64,000 nucleotides of DNA, taken from assembly GCA_012295275.1 (NCBI GenBank), contig CM022671.1, positions 19,034,001 to 19,098,000 on the forward strand. The letters are read 5' to 3'. This DNA comes from Chrysomallon squamiferum. Its lineage: Eukaryota > Animalia > Mollusca. The translations under genes and the position numbers were made by a program. Below are positions 43,101 through 56,780 of this stretch, in pieces. The notes beneath the pieces are model-generated. The model was not told the DNA's origin. It saw only the letters and a program-made list of their open reading frames with translations, and ran no database searches. Each line of letters begins with the position of its first letter. Position 1 is the stretch's first letter.

Positions 43101-46100
43101 CAAAGCTTGAACCAGGGAAGTGTTTATTATATTCTTCTATATTTTTTTGCATGTCTTCTCGGTTTAGTGTTGCTTGACCTTTGGCTTTGGGAAGATGTTC
43201 ATCTGGAATTGTGCCAGATCTGTACCCACTATCTGTTTCATCTTTTTCCTGCAATAAACAGTAACACATAACAAAAAGTCAGTAGCACTGATACTCTATC
43301 ACTGATGATATACACACATGTGGAACATAATAAATTTCTATCCTTTTCTTCAGTAATAGAAGACAACCACTGTACAAAATCCAGATATGTTATATGTCTG
43401 AGGTATCTTATACAGATAGATACTGAAACATATATGAATTTAACGTCTTATATCTCATTCATAGCTGTAACATGGTCTGTTTTAGACAAAATACTGCATA
43501 ATTTAGATGTGTATTGCAATGAAGTTTTTTTTATATAAATAATAATAAAATAATAAATTACACAGAACATCTCTTTAAGTTTTCTTTTAGTCTTTAAGTA
43601 AATATAATACAACATTCTGTGAGTAATGTAGGCAACTTGACTTTCCAGGTATGTACAAATGTAACCCAGCTTTATTAAAAATAAAAACAATAATAATAAA
43701 CATACATAACACATTTTAACCAAAGGTTATCCAAATATTTACAAAAGTCTGACCTGACCTTAACGGGACTGATAGACACATGTACATGTTTAGTGGCACA
43801 TCTAGCCAGAATCTAGATTAATGGTTTTATAATCAATAGGGTTGCAGGCTTCTGCAAACTGAAAAATTACTGCTAAATATTCTTGTAACAACAAGCATGC
43901 ATGACCTTCAGCAGAAAATACTAAAGAAAACAGATTAACATAACAGTGTTTATTTTCATTTGTGTATCTGATGAAGATATATGTGATTCAGAGTCATGGA
44001 ATTCCTAAACAATGTGTGTTAACTGACTGACAGAGGATAACAGTGGACTTACAGTGGATATACAAAGCAAAACAACACCAAAGCCATATGTACAGGACAC
44101 AAACATAACATATTTTACCTGGATAGCAAAATATCCATTTACGTGGATCTTCAGTTTATACTTAAGCCAAAAAGAATTAGGTTTCAGATTACACAATGTT
44201 TTAATATAATCATAATGTGCATTAAACATTTATAAATAATAATTACTTTCAAAAGAAAAAAGAAAAATAACTGAATAAAAATAAAATATGTTCAAAATGT
44301 GTTTTAAAAACCATGTCTACAATTATTCAGGACTTTTGTGCTGTACCTCATCAATCAATAAATAATTAGCTTTTATTTTGAAATGCATGGGAACTATATA
44401 GGAAAACATACCATTTGCACAAAAATAAATCTAAAAGGAAACTTTTTAATACTTTGTACCAGTTTTATGGTAAAGTTAAACCTTGGGTAAAGATAAATGT
44501 GTTATTTTTATTGGTGGAAGTTATATAACTAATAGTTTCATGTTAGGAATTATTAAAACCAAGTCTGAATAATAATAATTAAACTTAAAAAAGAAAAATG
44601 CTGGCCGATTAAGATATATATGACTACTCATAGTTTAAATACTAATGTTGGTAATCTAATCAAATACTAAGGATATTTAGCATAAATATAAGTCTGTTAC
44701 ACCAGGCCGTCTTCCACATTATAGCAAAGCCAAACATCAGGCTCATTCTGGAATGAAAACATGCTGTGGTTATTATTAACCCCACCTGTTCTATACTAAA
44801 TATCATGAACCTGTGTCATGAAGTCCAGGCAATATTAGAGACAGAGAAAGAAAGACAAAAATCATAAAACAAAGTAGTGTAAAAAGAATTTCAAACCAAC
44901 ATATAAATAATAAACCACAACAGAATGAAATGAGTCCATGAACTAGCTATAGTGCATTTATAATTTATGAAAAGTTTTTTTTTTTTTTTTTTGGGGATTT
45001 ATATTAATATATGTTTTATCTCAGTCCAAACAATGTAGAAAAAAACAATAGCTACATCAACAACAAAAAACCGAACATATTCTCAGTAATTAGTTTATTT
45101 TTGTGGTTAGTTTTCTGAAAAGTTATAATTTAGGATATTTAATTTTTTATTATCCAGCAGTTATTATATTATCCATGCAGCTGGTTAACTTATAAAGATG
45201 AATGTAACATGTAAAGTTGTTTAATGTCAAAAGATGTGCTATAATCATTCAATTTGCATTTTTAGTTTATACTTCACATATTTCAATACAGGTTTAATAT
45301 TTATATATCATTATATCTATGTATGTTTGTGACTTTGTATGCATATATCCTCAGATTAAAATATAGTCCTTAACTAATAATTCATTCTACTTACATTTGT
45401 GTTATCTGCACGATCGTCACCCACAAAATCCTCCACCACAACAGGATTAGGAACAGGCAATGCTGAAGAACAGTTACACGAAGTGCTGATGACAGCAACC
45501 TCGGGTGTAATGTCTACTGAACTAGGTGATATTCCCGGTTGTGGTTCCCGAGTTGGTGAATTCTTTGGTGTTGATAATGGAGACTGATCTGTTTCTGAAG
45601 AATTGTTTTGAGCACAAACTGAAGCACAGTCTAATTCAACAGAATGCAAACATTTGTGATGACACGTGTAATGACATTCTGAAAAAAAAAAAAAAAAATG
45701 TCATACTTACTAATTCTGAGTCTTTAATTCATGTTCTGTACCAAACCTCTGTTATACATTACTATGAACATTTTTAAAAAGATGTGTATGTATTATATAT
45801 ATATATATATATATATTTAAAGTTACTGCCTTTGTATTATTTAAATTTGTGAGTATTGAAGGCCACTAAAACATCACAAAATGTCCATCATCTATTGATG
45901 AATATTCTGTGTATCACATTTAATTACGTCTGTTTAATGCAGATTATTATATTAATTAGGACTGGTTTTCTAAAAATAACTCCTACTGATTAGAAATACA
46001 TTTAGTGACCCCCATATCATACAAGTTTGTTTTATTAACTACACTTCCATTCATACCTATTGTTTTGCTATATTAAAACAAAAAAAATGACAAAAAAATA

Positions 46101-46327
46101 ACAAAATTGTTATGCTAATAAGATTTATAAAATTAAATAAAATAAATAAAATAAATAATGAAATAACAGAAGATAAAGATGAGAAGTAACATTTGATTTT
46201 TGTATTAGAACTTTTCTTCTTAATATTATATCACTGATTAATTTTGTGAACTATTACAAACTTATTTTTACAGTATTAACTTGTTCTCTATCAATGCTGA
46301 AACCAGTTATAATTACTGTTTTTAAGA

Positions 46328-46368
<41 letters not shown>

Positions 46369-49300
46369 TTTGTTTACAACTGATACAGTGGTTTTCAAAC
46401 AAATGAGAAATCAGTAAAAAACACAACTTCCACAGTGTAATAAACATGCTTGTTAATCTGATGAACATATATCTTTTTATCTGCTGGCTTATTTATTACA
46501 GGTAGTCAGAGACTCAGTTATATAAAAACTACTTATGAATTAGGTGATTAACAAGTTTGTATATGTTATACCATCTCCAATGAAAGCATACTGACTTCTC
46601 ACAGTAATATATTCCATGCAAATTATAAAAATAAATATATTTCACTTAAAGTTACTTTTTATAAGCTATTACAAAAGTCAAACAAGTATTAGACATAAAG
46701 ATAAAAATAAAAATAGAGATAAAAACGGTTTGAACTGTTCATTTTAATTACGAAATGGAACATTACTGATATCTTTCCACTTTTATTGCTTTATAATAAA
46801 TGAACAGGAAATGGCTTAATGAAATAATGGAAATCCTCTTACAAATTAAAGGAAATGTGTATACTGCCTAGAGGGCAGACTGCTGTATTAAGATTTTAAT
46901 AACCTTCGACATTCCATTATATAAATATATAGATTTTTGTTTTTTAACTTCTGTGTTTCATTTATTAGTGTATGTCAAAGCTGTTTATAGATGGTTTATA
47001 TGATTAAGCATATGTCATGGGTCCTGCTGTGTTCATTTTTCTTTCAACTATATCACTTAGCCTTGGTTTGGAAACCTGCCAGAGTTCATATTATCTTAAC
47101 TGTATTTCACATCTAGCAAGTTTTTATGTAACCCACTGCTAGAGGTCAGTCAACAAGCAATTAACAAAGAGAAATACACCAAATATACAGACTTTCACTG
47201 TGATATATGTACACACAGTATTAGGTTTGAAGATATCAAAATCAATAGTGCCCTGTTAAGCAGTCATTTAAGACGAAATTTTCACTTCCTCGATCCATAC
47301 ATTTAAACTCTTTGTGCTATAATGTTCCCAAATATTGCTGTAAGGAGATAACTATTTTTACAGATGCTTTACAATATTCTTCAAGAAATAATTTCAAAAA
47401 CCTTAATCAGTATTGTTACTTTTCAACTTGTTTACAATAAATTTAATAATACTTTAAATATTAAAAATAAACCAGGTCAGCATTAAAACTAACATTTTAT
47501 AAATACAAGAAACACTGACAGATTAAAAAGCATATTGTTTTTTTTTCAAACTAAATATTTAAAACTGGCTTGTAATCACACACATACACACACCTTTTAT
47601 TTTTACTATTATTATTATTATTATTTTTGTTTTTTTCTGTTAACAAGATAAAATGGAGATATGATAATCTTAAAAACAGTATATTTACTATTACCCTGAG
47701 GGGACAAGCAAACATGTTTAGGTGTGGTTACTATTTTTCCTACATTTCCTACAGATTGTTATCCAGCATTTTAAAAATAATATATGGCAGAAACGCATAT
47801 ATTAAATTGTATTTTAACTGTACAACTGATAAAATGATATTGTGTTACGAAAAAATAAATTAATTTTATGCAAAGAATTCAATTTTCAGTTAGCAGGGTT
47901 TTTTTTTTTTTTTAAATAATATTAATAATGAAGAAATATGAACCAGAACATATCAAAAATATTTACACATAAAATTTATATTATGTGATAACAAACTAAT
48001 TTCTGGTTTATCTGTGTCATTTTAGCAATTAGGATTAGGTTTAATATTAGTTAAATCTAAACAGTTATATTATTAAATAAAGAGAATAAATCTGACAAAA
48101 GCTTGTTAATCAGCTTATAAATTCTTTTTTAAATCCAAAAATAAGCCTTGCACTTATTATTAAACATAAATCATTATGGACTTATGGGTTTATATCTGCT
48201 TTATAGCAAACATTTATACTCCAATATTTTTGTTTTGTTATCTGTGAATAAAAACTAAAATATCCCTAATTATTGCAATATATCAACTTACAACACCAAA
48301 ACACTTAACTGTCCGAGACAACACTGCCAGCATTAATAATCTTTAATATTATTGTATTGTGTACATGAATAAAGTAAAATTGTGTATTAATAACTTTACC
48401 TATATATGGTGATGCAAAAACTACAACAAAATAGCTTAATTCCTAACAGTCAGATATTTCAAGGCAAATATTATCTGCAGTTGTTACATGTAATAGCTGG
48501 TAATTTGTGCTTATAAATAGCAGGTGATATTTGCCAAGTGTGATTCGATATTTACATCTGTGTCACGCAACAATTCCTTTGTCCCTGCACACAGTTTGTA
48601 AGAGCACAACAATTAACTGTTTGAGGCAATAATTCAACTTAAATAATATATGCTGTGCTTGATGGATATGGGCTTTCATTACATAGAACGATGAGAAAGA
48701 AAGAAAAAAGCTTGACCTATTTAATGTGAAAAGAAATGGGTTACTTTGTACAAGACCTCAGTAATATTTATTTAGGCAGGGCAAAATGCCACAAAATAAG
48801 TAAACTGGATCTTGAGGGATGGTTTACTTACAAACAAAGAATTAGTGAATGAAACAAACAAAAGGAATATGCAGTGTATTTCTATGAAAGTGCACTGTTC
48901 CTGTATATGCAAATTTATAATTAAACCAGCCTCTCCAAAATAGTATTTCATCAGCTCTTACCATAAGTAATTTTCCAGCCTAATTGAGATATTTAGCTTT
49001 AATGATTTACGTAATTACTCCGAATCTCAATTATATAAATATATGCAATTCTGTACTAATATATATATTTGGAAATGTTTAAAATAATTTTTAAAGAATG
49101 CATTCCAGTTTTATATATAAAGCAAAACAAAAATATAAGACCAACATTTTCATCAGTTTTTTCAAAAGCTATGAAAATGAATTAGAAAATAAAGTTGACA
49201 ATTTTGAAATTCTAATGTATATCACATTCATGCGAGTCTACTGTGACAGTAAATAATTTTGATTACACCATATTTAATAAACATCACATTTTAAAATAAA

Positions 49301-52300
49301 ATATAAATGTGCATGCCACAATATTAAAGAGATGATGAAGGGAGAATAAGAGATACTCACAAATGTAAAAATCTTTTATTCTGTTTTGTAATGACAGATC
49401 CCAAGAGTAGTAACAGCAATACAGTGAGTTTAACTTGAAGCAAATGTAATATTTATTCAGAGAAGGCCTAGATGATAACTTTATTTTTAATCATATTTTT
49501 ACATTTTATTTTATTTTATAGTGATATATATTTTTTAAAGTCATGTTACAGTGAAATAAAAAAACAGATAAGTTTTTATTGTCATCTTATGGTCAAAGTA
49601 ATTAGGCTCTGCTTAATAATATATTTATAAATATAACGTCGGCAACATTTATAATGTATCTTACCTTTATCATCATCAGTATCACAGTTTGATATAGGAC
49701 TGACATTACATGTACACACTCGACTATCTATGTGTGTTTTCCTGTGTTGGTTTTTAGATTCTTTTGATGATAAAATTCCATCACTAAACAGTCTGCTATT
49801 CCTTTTCAGTTTATTTAGAACAAAGTCCCATTCCTCTGCAGAATTCCACATCTTAAACTCCTCATTTGTGTCTGATACCTGATTTGAATTTTCTGAAGCT
49901 ACTTTGTCACTGAGATTTCTATCACAGAACATTTGCACATCTTCAAAAATATCACAGCTACTGAATGAAGGAAAATCTTCAAATACTTGAGATCGTCTAC
50001 TTGGCATAAACTTTTCAAATTCCTTTTCAAATTCCATGAAATCTTCATCATTGTTAAAAAAATCCAAAAAACTGTCATCTATATCAGGTATATCAAGCCC
50101 ATGCCGGCTGCCATGAGAAAACCTGAAAGGAGATGTGGCTTTAAGTCTTGATCCTTCAGATTCGACACTTGGTGACCGTTGCCTCATCCTGTATCTGCTA
50201 TACTCATCTACATCTGTAGAAAAACGTTTCTTACTGCTGATTGTATCAAAAACACGCTCAAATTCCTCATAATGCTCATCACCACCAAACACTTCCATAG
50301 ATGGTTTATTAACAGAATTACTTTTACAAGAACTTGAATGATAGTGATTTTTATGTTCTAAAACCTTTATGTGACAACGATGCAACTTCTTGGTAGGTTT
50401 CTGTAGTTTCACATCTTGTTTAATCTCTTTCTGAAGTCGTTTGAAGTCCTTTAGTTCCTGCTTAAATTCTTCAAAGTCTTCTTCATCAATAAATCCATGT
50501 CGAAAAAATCCAAAACTATCAGAAGATTCAAGATCACTAAATTTAAGATTGAAAAACTGTGAGGGAAGATAGGCCTGTGAGCCTGTATTATTTATTTTAA
50601 AATGTGATGACCTATCAAATGAACATCTACTTTCCATCCCTAACCCTCACATCAGTGGTTAGAACACCAAGTGGAAAATTCATCTTGGTTCCTGGCTACC
50701 AGTCAAGTCTTAACAGACAGCATAACAATCCACAGCAATACATGTATGTTATAGGTGTACTCTACTCCTATTTCCTTGTTGCTAATGGCTAAAAATAGCC
50801 TCACTTTCTGTTCGCTGCAAAGTTTTGGCTGGCTGTGAGGAAAGAACACTCAAATCTTCTTCCAGACTAGATAAGTCTCATAACAGATAATGGTCACAAC
50901 ACATGTGCTCTGAATGTTATGTTTTTCGTCAGGAACAAAGGTAACTTCCTGCCGAACACATGAGCATGAGCAGTAGGGATTTAATTTACTTATCAGCAGG
51001 CTACCAAGCTGACATTTTCACAAATATTTTAATCCATCATCCCACATTTAGCTGAATATTAAAACCCGACATTCAAAAATTATACAGAATATATATTGAT
51101 GGGGTGAAAATTAGACTATCAAGCCTGTCAGGCTGTTACCAACACATGTTGTCTGGGTGTGATACATTAACCAGTCCTGACGAAGTAACCTGTGTTCAGC
51201 CAAGCAAAGAAAAAATGTTTGGTTCATGGATTCGGCCTGAGTGAAAAGAACACTATGAAAGAGGCACGCGCTGCGCCTTGTCGTGACGTGGTTTTGACTC
51301 ACTGCTTTGTGTTGTTTGTATGCAAATTCAGAGATGGCTTAGAGAAATGTCTTTTATGACATCTGTTTCATTGATATCAGTAATTTATTACGGCTTTCTC
51401 ATTTTTATTATAATTATGCAGAAAATTTAAGATGTTTGCAAAAAAAAAAAAAAAATAAATAAATAAATAAATAAAAAAAAAATATTTTTACCATGTATAA
51501 AAAAAAATAAAAAAATAAAAATTATTTTTCAGAACATTTAGGTCATATTTGAATAAATTGATTTTTATCCTGAATGCGTATTCACTAACCATTGTTCTGT
51601 CATAATAATGCACATTCATTAAAATATTATGAACAAAAGCTGATTCTGTGATAATTTTATTTTATTTACAAACACTAGAGAAGAGAAGGTATAACACATC
51701 AATATCAGATAGTCTGAGCAGAATAAAAATTCAGGGGAATATGCACCTGTTATCTTCAGTTTAAAGCATAGATCAGTGGCAATGTACATCCCTATCAGCC
51801 CACTTTAGATAGTGCACTGAGAAATGTATGACCTAAATTTGTTACTAGATTTATTATTTTTTTAAAGAAACAGACAGCTTAGAGGAACTAGCATAAAAAG
51901 CACAATGTTTCCAAAAAAAATGTTTTAATCAATAACAAAATGCTCTATTTATATTAAAAGATACATTATAGGTATTGCAAAAATATATTTGTAGGCTAAA
52001 AATGTTCTGTAATGTATGCTTATCAATATTTCTATTAAGAGGAGCTAATCAATAAAAAAGTTAAGTATTGATGCAACATAAATATAAATAAATAAATAAA
52101 TAAAATTGAAAAATGCCTATAAATTTGTTTTCACCTACTCAAACTAAAAATAGATTAGATTTATCTCATTCAATGATGAAAAAAAAAGAAGTTTGCACCA
52201 ATATTGTGATATATTTTACACTTAAAAAAATGCAAATGTATTAACCACCTATTTAATAAAAATAATGAAAAGGCAACAGCTTCTCTATTTGATAAATATA

Positions 52301-55300
52301 ACTGAATTGCAAATGGAAATCGGATCTCTTAATGGTAAAATAAACAGACATAACAAAAGAATATCACTAAATATATAAATGGATAAATGCATTTACCCAC
52401 AAACTGACCAAATAATCAAAAAGCTGGTTGTTATAAAAATACTGATTTTAACACTTGTATGTAAATGTGCAATGCAATTAAATCTTTTAATTTAAATGTT
52501 CATGAACTGTTTTAAAAGGTTTTGTTATTATCTTCTTTACAGCAAGCACATTAATTTAAGTGATTGCTATTTATGGAACTTCTAGATAATTTACACACCT
52601 TGCATATATATAGTGTGAAAAAACGTAGATCTAATTACCTTTATAATAGCTGTCTAAAAAACATGTTAACATTACTGTAATATTCTGAAGTGCAACAAAA
52701 TATTCTGTAAACACAAATCTGAGTTCTGTGACAAATAATTGTATACAAGAAGTTGTTGAATGAAAGGGAAATAAAAGGTTTTATTAAACAATCTGCAAAT
52801 AAACATATAATGAAGACATTAATGAATTAACTGTTTATTATTTTAATTTTAATATTAAAGAAATGTGCTAAGAAGAAACATTAACATTTTATGTATTTAT
52901 CATTCATTTTATTTTTATTTTTTTATTTCAAGAAATTCAATATAAAAAAAATATTTAAAATTGTAACTTTACCTATAATAAAAGCTAATATTTATATTAT
53001 TAGTCAGTTTTTCCAATTATCATCTGATGATTGGTTTTGTTTTTGATTATGATAAAATATCAATTTTGTTACACACACAAAATGGGTTATACTCCATTTA
53101 GATTATTAAATTAATTTGATGATAATTAAAAAAAAAAAAAACTCAAAACAAAAAAAATCTTAATATACAATCATAATCAGATAATGTCTTTATTTAGAAA
53201 AAAAAAAAAAAAAAATTGATTAGTTTCAAAAACACTTGTAAGAAATTAATCTTTTAAGAAATTTCACCTGGAAACCCAGCAAAAATATGCAATGAAATTA
53301 AAGTAACATTAAAGCACCCAACTTGAGGATGGAATGGAGGTTTTCAAATTCAAATGACAAAAGATATACCAAATAATTATTATATGTCACTGAATAATGT
53401 CCTATTTGAAAGCCAGTATTTTTTGTTTAAAAAATCAAAATAAAAGTTTTAATGACAACAATTTGTTTTAGTATCCACACAAGGTCAAGCTCTGTTTTTT
53501 TTTTAGTTTCATTCCTACAGACCATGAGCCTACACAGAATAACTGTACAATGCTGAAGGCATTTTCTTCTGTTTTACAATTTTCTGATTAATTATTAATT
53601 AAATAAATTAATCTTATTTCTTAAAAGACCTAAACAATAATAGCTCATTTTTGTTAAAAGAACAAAAAACAAAAAAACAGAAAAAAGAAAGATAGTGAAT
53701 TTTTGAACTGTTACATACATTACCCCTGGATAAATACAAAACAACAACACTTAATTATTTTTGACCCTGTTAATGTTGATCAATATTGATTTAGGGAACA
53801 GACCTAAATGATTGTGTTATGTGCAGGCAAATGCTTTATTTCACTAAATATAAAAGAATAATCAAATAGATGTGGAAGTTAATAAAAAACAGCAGTATGC
53901 TAATAATGATCATTTTTAAGAACTATAAACATGCAGTAGTATTATGTAATGAATATAAAGTTAGTTAGCTTATTCAGTACCATTTTGATATTTATTTGTG
54001 CAAGAAATAATATGTATGTTTTTCAGACAGTAACTGTGAGCATTGAATTAGCATGTTTTCTTAGTAGCTTAATATGGACACCAGACTTTTAACCAGTTTT
54101 AAATCAATTGCCATATTTAATATCAAAAAATTAGGAACCTAAATCATCTATTTTAATAGCATTGGTTTACAAAAAAAAAGAAATTATAAGCAAACACCCA
54201 ACTTAGAGTCATGGCTAAAATTGATATCCAAGTGTAAAAAGTTCTTTTGCATTATCAACATGTGCAAAACATCAAAACTACTGAAACCATAACGGCCATA
54301 TATGACTTAATCATTTTTTTTTCAATATTTATGCAACTTTATACCATTAAGTTGATTAGATAAAGAAAATTATAAACATTCAGGTTTTTCATTTGTTTTT
54401 GTCAATATTCTAGTTTTGATCTAGAAAATTTCAAATACTGAATTCAGATTTGTGGAATTGGATATAAGAGAAACTTGAAAACTGCTGTTTGGTTGTTATG
54501 GTTTATGGGAAGATACTGTCATATTATAAGACAGGAAGGGCATGACTACTTTGCTCCCTAGGCAAGGCCAACAACTTGTAGGCTCCAACAAATATTAAAT
54601 TTTTATGTGATAACATTTTGATCCAATTTGATCTTAGTATAACAGTAAGGTTAGTGTTAAAAACAATAAACTGTTTATGGACGAGCAAATTAACTATCTA
54701 TTGAACCAGTACATTTTACTTTTATTATATTTTTCTGTAAAATAAAAATTTGTATAAACTGTGACCCTTAAAGGGCAGTTTTGCATCCTATGCGAGTGCC
54801 TAGATGGCCTTATACAGAGCCACTGGACTGAATTATTCACATTAAATTTCAATTACAGAAATGAATAACACAGGAAATTGAACAGTTACATAGTTTATAT
54901 GTGGATTTAAGACATATATTTGAAGGTATTTATAATAGTTACTAAGGCAGATAATTAAGACCTAGAACGTTTCACTAAATCTACTGTATTGTTGATTTAT
55001 TAAGGATTCTTTTTTTATTATTTTTTTAAAAACTTATAACAGATGTTTCTAAATTGTTTAGACTTATCAAATCACAGGATAGGTTCTTTTAAAGGTGCAG
55101 TCAAGATTTATTTAAACTTGTTGATGTTCTCGATCAGGGAAATGTTAATAAATCCTTTTAAATGTAAAAATTGTGAAAATAAAGAGAACCAACTAATTAC
55201 ATATATGTGTGTATGTGTGTGTGTGTGTGTGTGTGTGCCACACATATACACACACACACACACACTTATATTTATACAAATGTATCACTTTTTAAATATA

Positions 55301-55873
55301 TTAATATTTCTAGTTTTTATACTGTAATATAAAAATGTCATAATTTCATACACAAAGTTAACTATATTTGGTATCTCACTCAAAAATTATATGTACACAT
55401 CCAAGAGATGAAATTATCAAATCAGATTTATACATCATCACTACAAATTAAGCACAACTGCTTATAACATCAACTAATTCATACTTATAAATAACATGAT
55501 ACTTACTTTGACATCGAAGACAATCTTTTGATAATCCCCATATGAAGTCACCACATTTGTCACACCAAGTTGGGTTGGTTAACTGACATGGAATAAAATC
55601 ATGTCCTTTTGCTTGTATCTGCCTCTGAAGGTGCAGTTGTGCCATTTCAATGTGCTCAGGATGGAGACAAGCATTGGTACAGCTAAAACTCGGAGCAGGT
55701 GAGCTGCTGGCTTCATCGAGTGTTCGAATGAATGGCATAATCCCTTGAATTACATTTTTGTAATTCTGTCCTATATTAGCTTGTACTCTCACTAGTCGTT
55801 GCTTTAGTGCACCAAACATATCCGGGGAAGTATTATCACAAATGCCTGTTACTGAGTGGTTGGCCGCCATCAT
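40138..55873 (-). CDS. Classical RASSF1/3/5-like protein (C1 + RA + SARAH), 7 coding exons, ~468 aa
   Basis: Exons 55873-55507, 45678-45395, 43248-43096, 42629-42436, 42027-41918, 40976-40858, 40317-40138; total 1407 nt in frame. C1: HDFIPCQLTNPTWCDKCGDFIWG..CLRCQ/KCHYTCHHKC..VELDC. RA: FHGFLKVTLNLVRPI..FYMPRDTVKSIHVSSTTTTKEVITSLLTKFHILDHPRKFAMY. SARAH: ENETGEIVWDGFSCVELMNFLKVLDREEEE. Confidence 0.92.
49665..50637 (-). CDS. Probable alternative first coding exon of the RASSF gene (324 codons + 1 nt)
   Basis: The longest ORF in the window (351 aa), lying in RASSF intron 1 on the same strand. Strong donor aaag|gtaag at 49665/49664 in phase 1, matching the phase-1 acceptor at 45678. Confidence 0.65.
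54531..54832. mobile_element. Possible decayed MITE remnant in RASSF intron
   Basis: GC-richer ends (ttgctccctaggcaaggcc ... gcatcctatgcgagtgcctagatggcct) around an AT-rich core; no clean TIR or TSD found. Confidence 0.25.
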
Positions 55874-56149
55874 GTCAAAGTTTCACAAGTTTACTTCCTT
55901 GATTCAGTATAATGGTTAAATTAACTGGGAAACTTTACTACCAGAAATCAACAAGTTATCTCTCTGTAGTTATCTTCTCTAAACTGTTGATCACTTGCTG
56001 TTGAATGAAAAATTGTAAGTTAAATGTAATTTTTTATATTAATTAAACTTTATACTTTAAAGTATTTTGAAAAATAAATATAAATAAATAATATATCATT
56101 ATATGCTTTTTCAATACTGCATTATTTAACAGTCTAACGAACTGCTAAT

Positions 56150-56780
56150 AACTAGATAGTCGGTAAACAATATCGTAACCATGATGTTACTTGTTAGTAA
56201 AATTGTAGTCACCAATAACTTGCGACTAAGATTTTAATTGGTTGAATTAGTTTTCAGCTAAATAAAATCAAAGTTTTAATGAAAACGTAATTGAAAACGT
56301 TATATTTACATTACAGTGTGTTTCCCGCCAATAACGGTATATATTAACGAGCAACAATGCTAACATAAAAATGTCAACTCATAAAACTACAATCATGCCA
56401 TGGTGTAAGTTGTAACGATACCGATGTCAACCGAACGTTATCCATGTTGATGCGATTTATGCCTATATGAAACATATATTTTGGTTGATCAAAAGTTTAG
56501 TGCATGCACATTAGAGAGGTTTAAGTCTGATATTTAACTTAACTACTTTTGTTTATATGCATGTTATTAAATTTATCCAATAAGACAAAGAACACGCAGG
56601 CAATGACTCACATTCTTAGAGCGGAAACAACCGGATGAATACGTATTTTTACTTCCGTTTAACAAACATTATGCATACAGTTTAGCGCCAAAAATGTTTA
56701 AATGTGGATGGGGGAGCTATAAAGGCCGTTTGATTATAACAAAATAATAATAATAGTTTTGATTGCGATCACGGAATTCC
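56150..56780 (-). promoter_or_regulatory. Putative promoter region of the RASSF gene
   Basis: Local CpG enrichment upstream of the first coding exon. E2F consensus TTTCCCGC at 56321 and GCGCCAAA at 56685; ETS-like CGGAA/TTCCG near 56622-56657. Confidence 0.5.
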
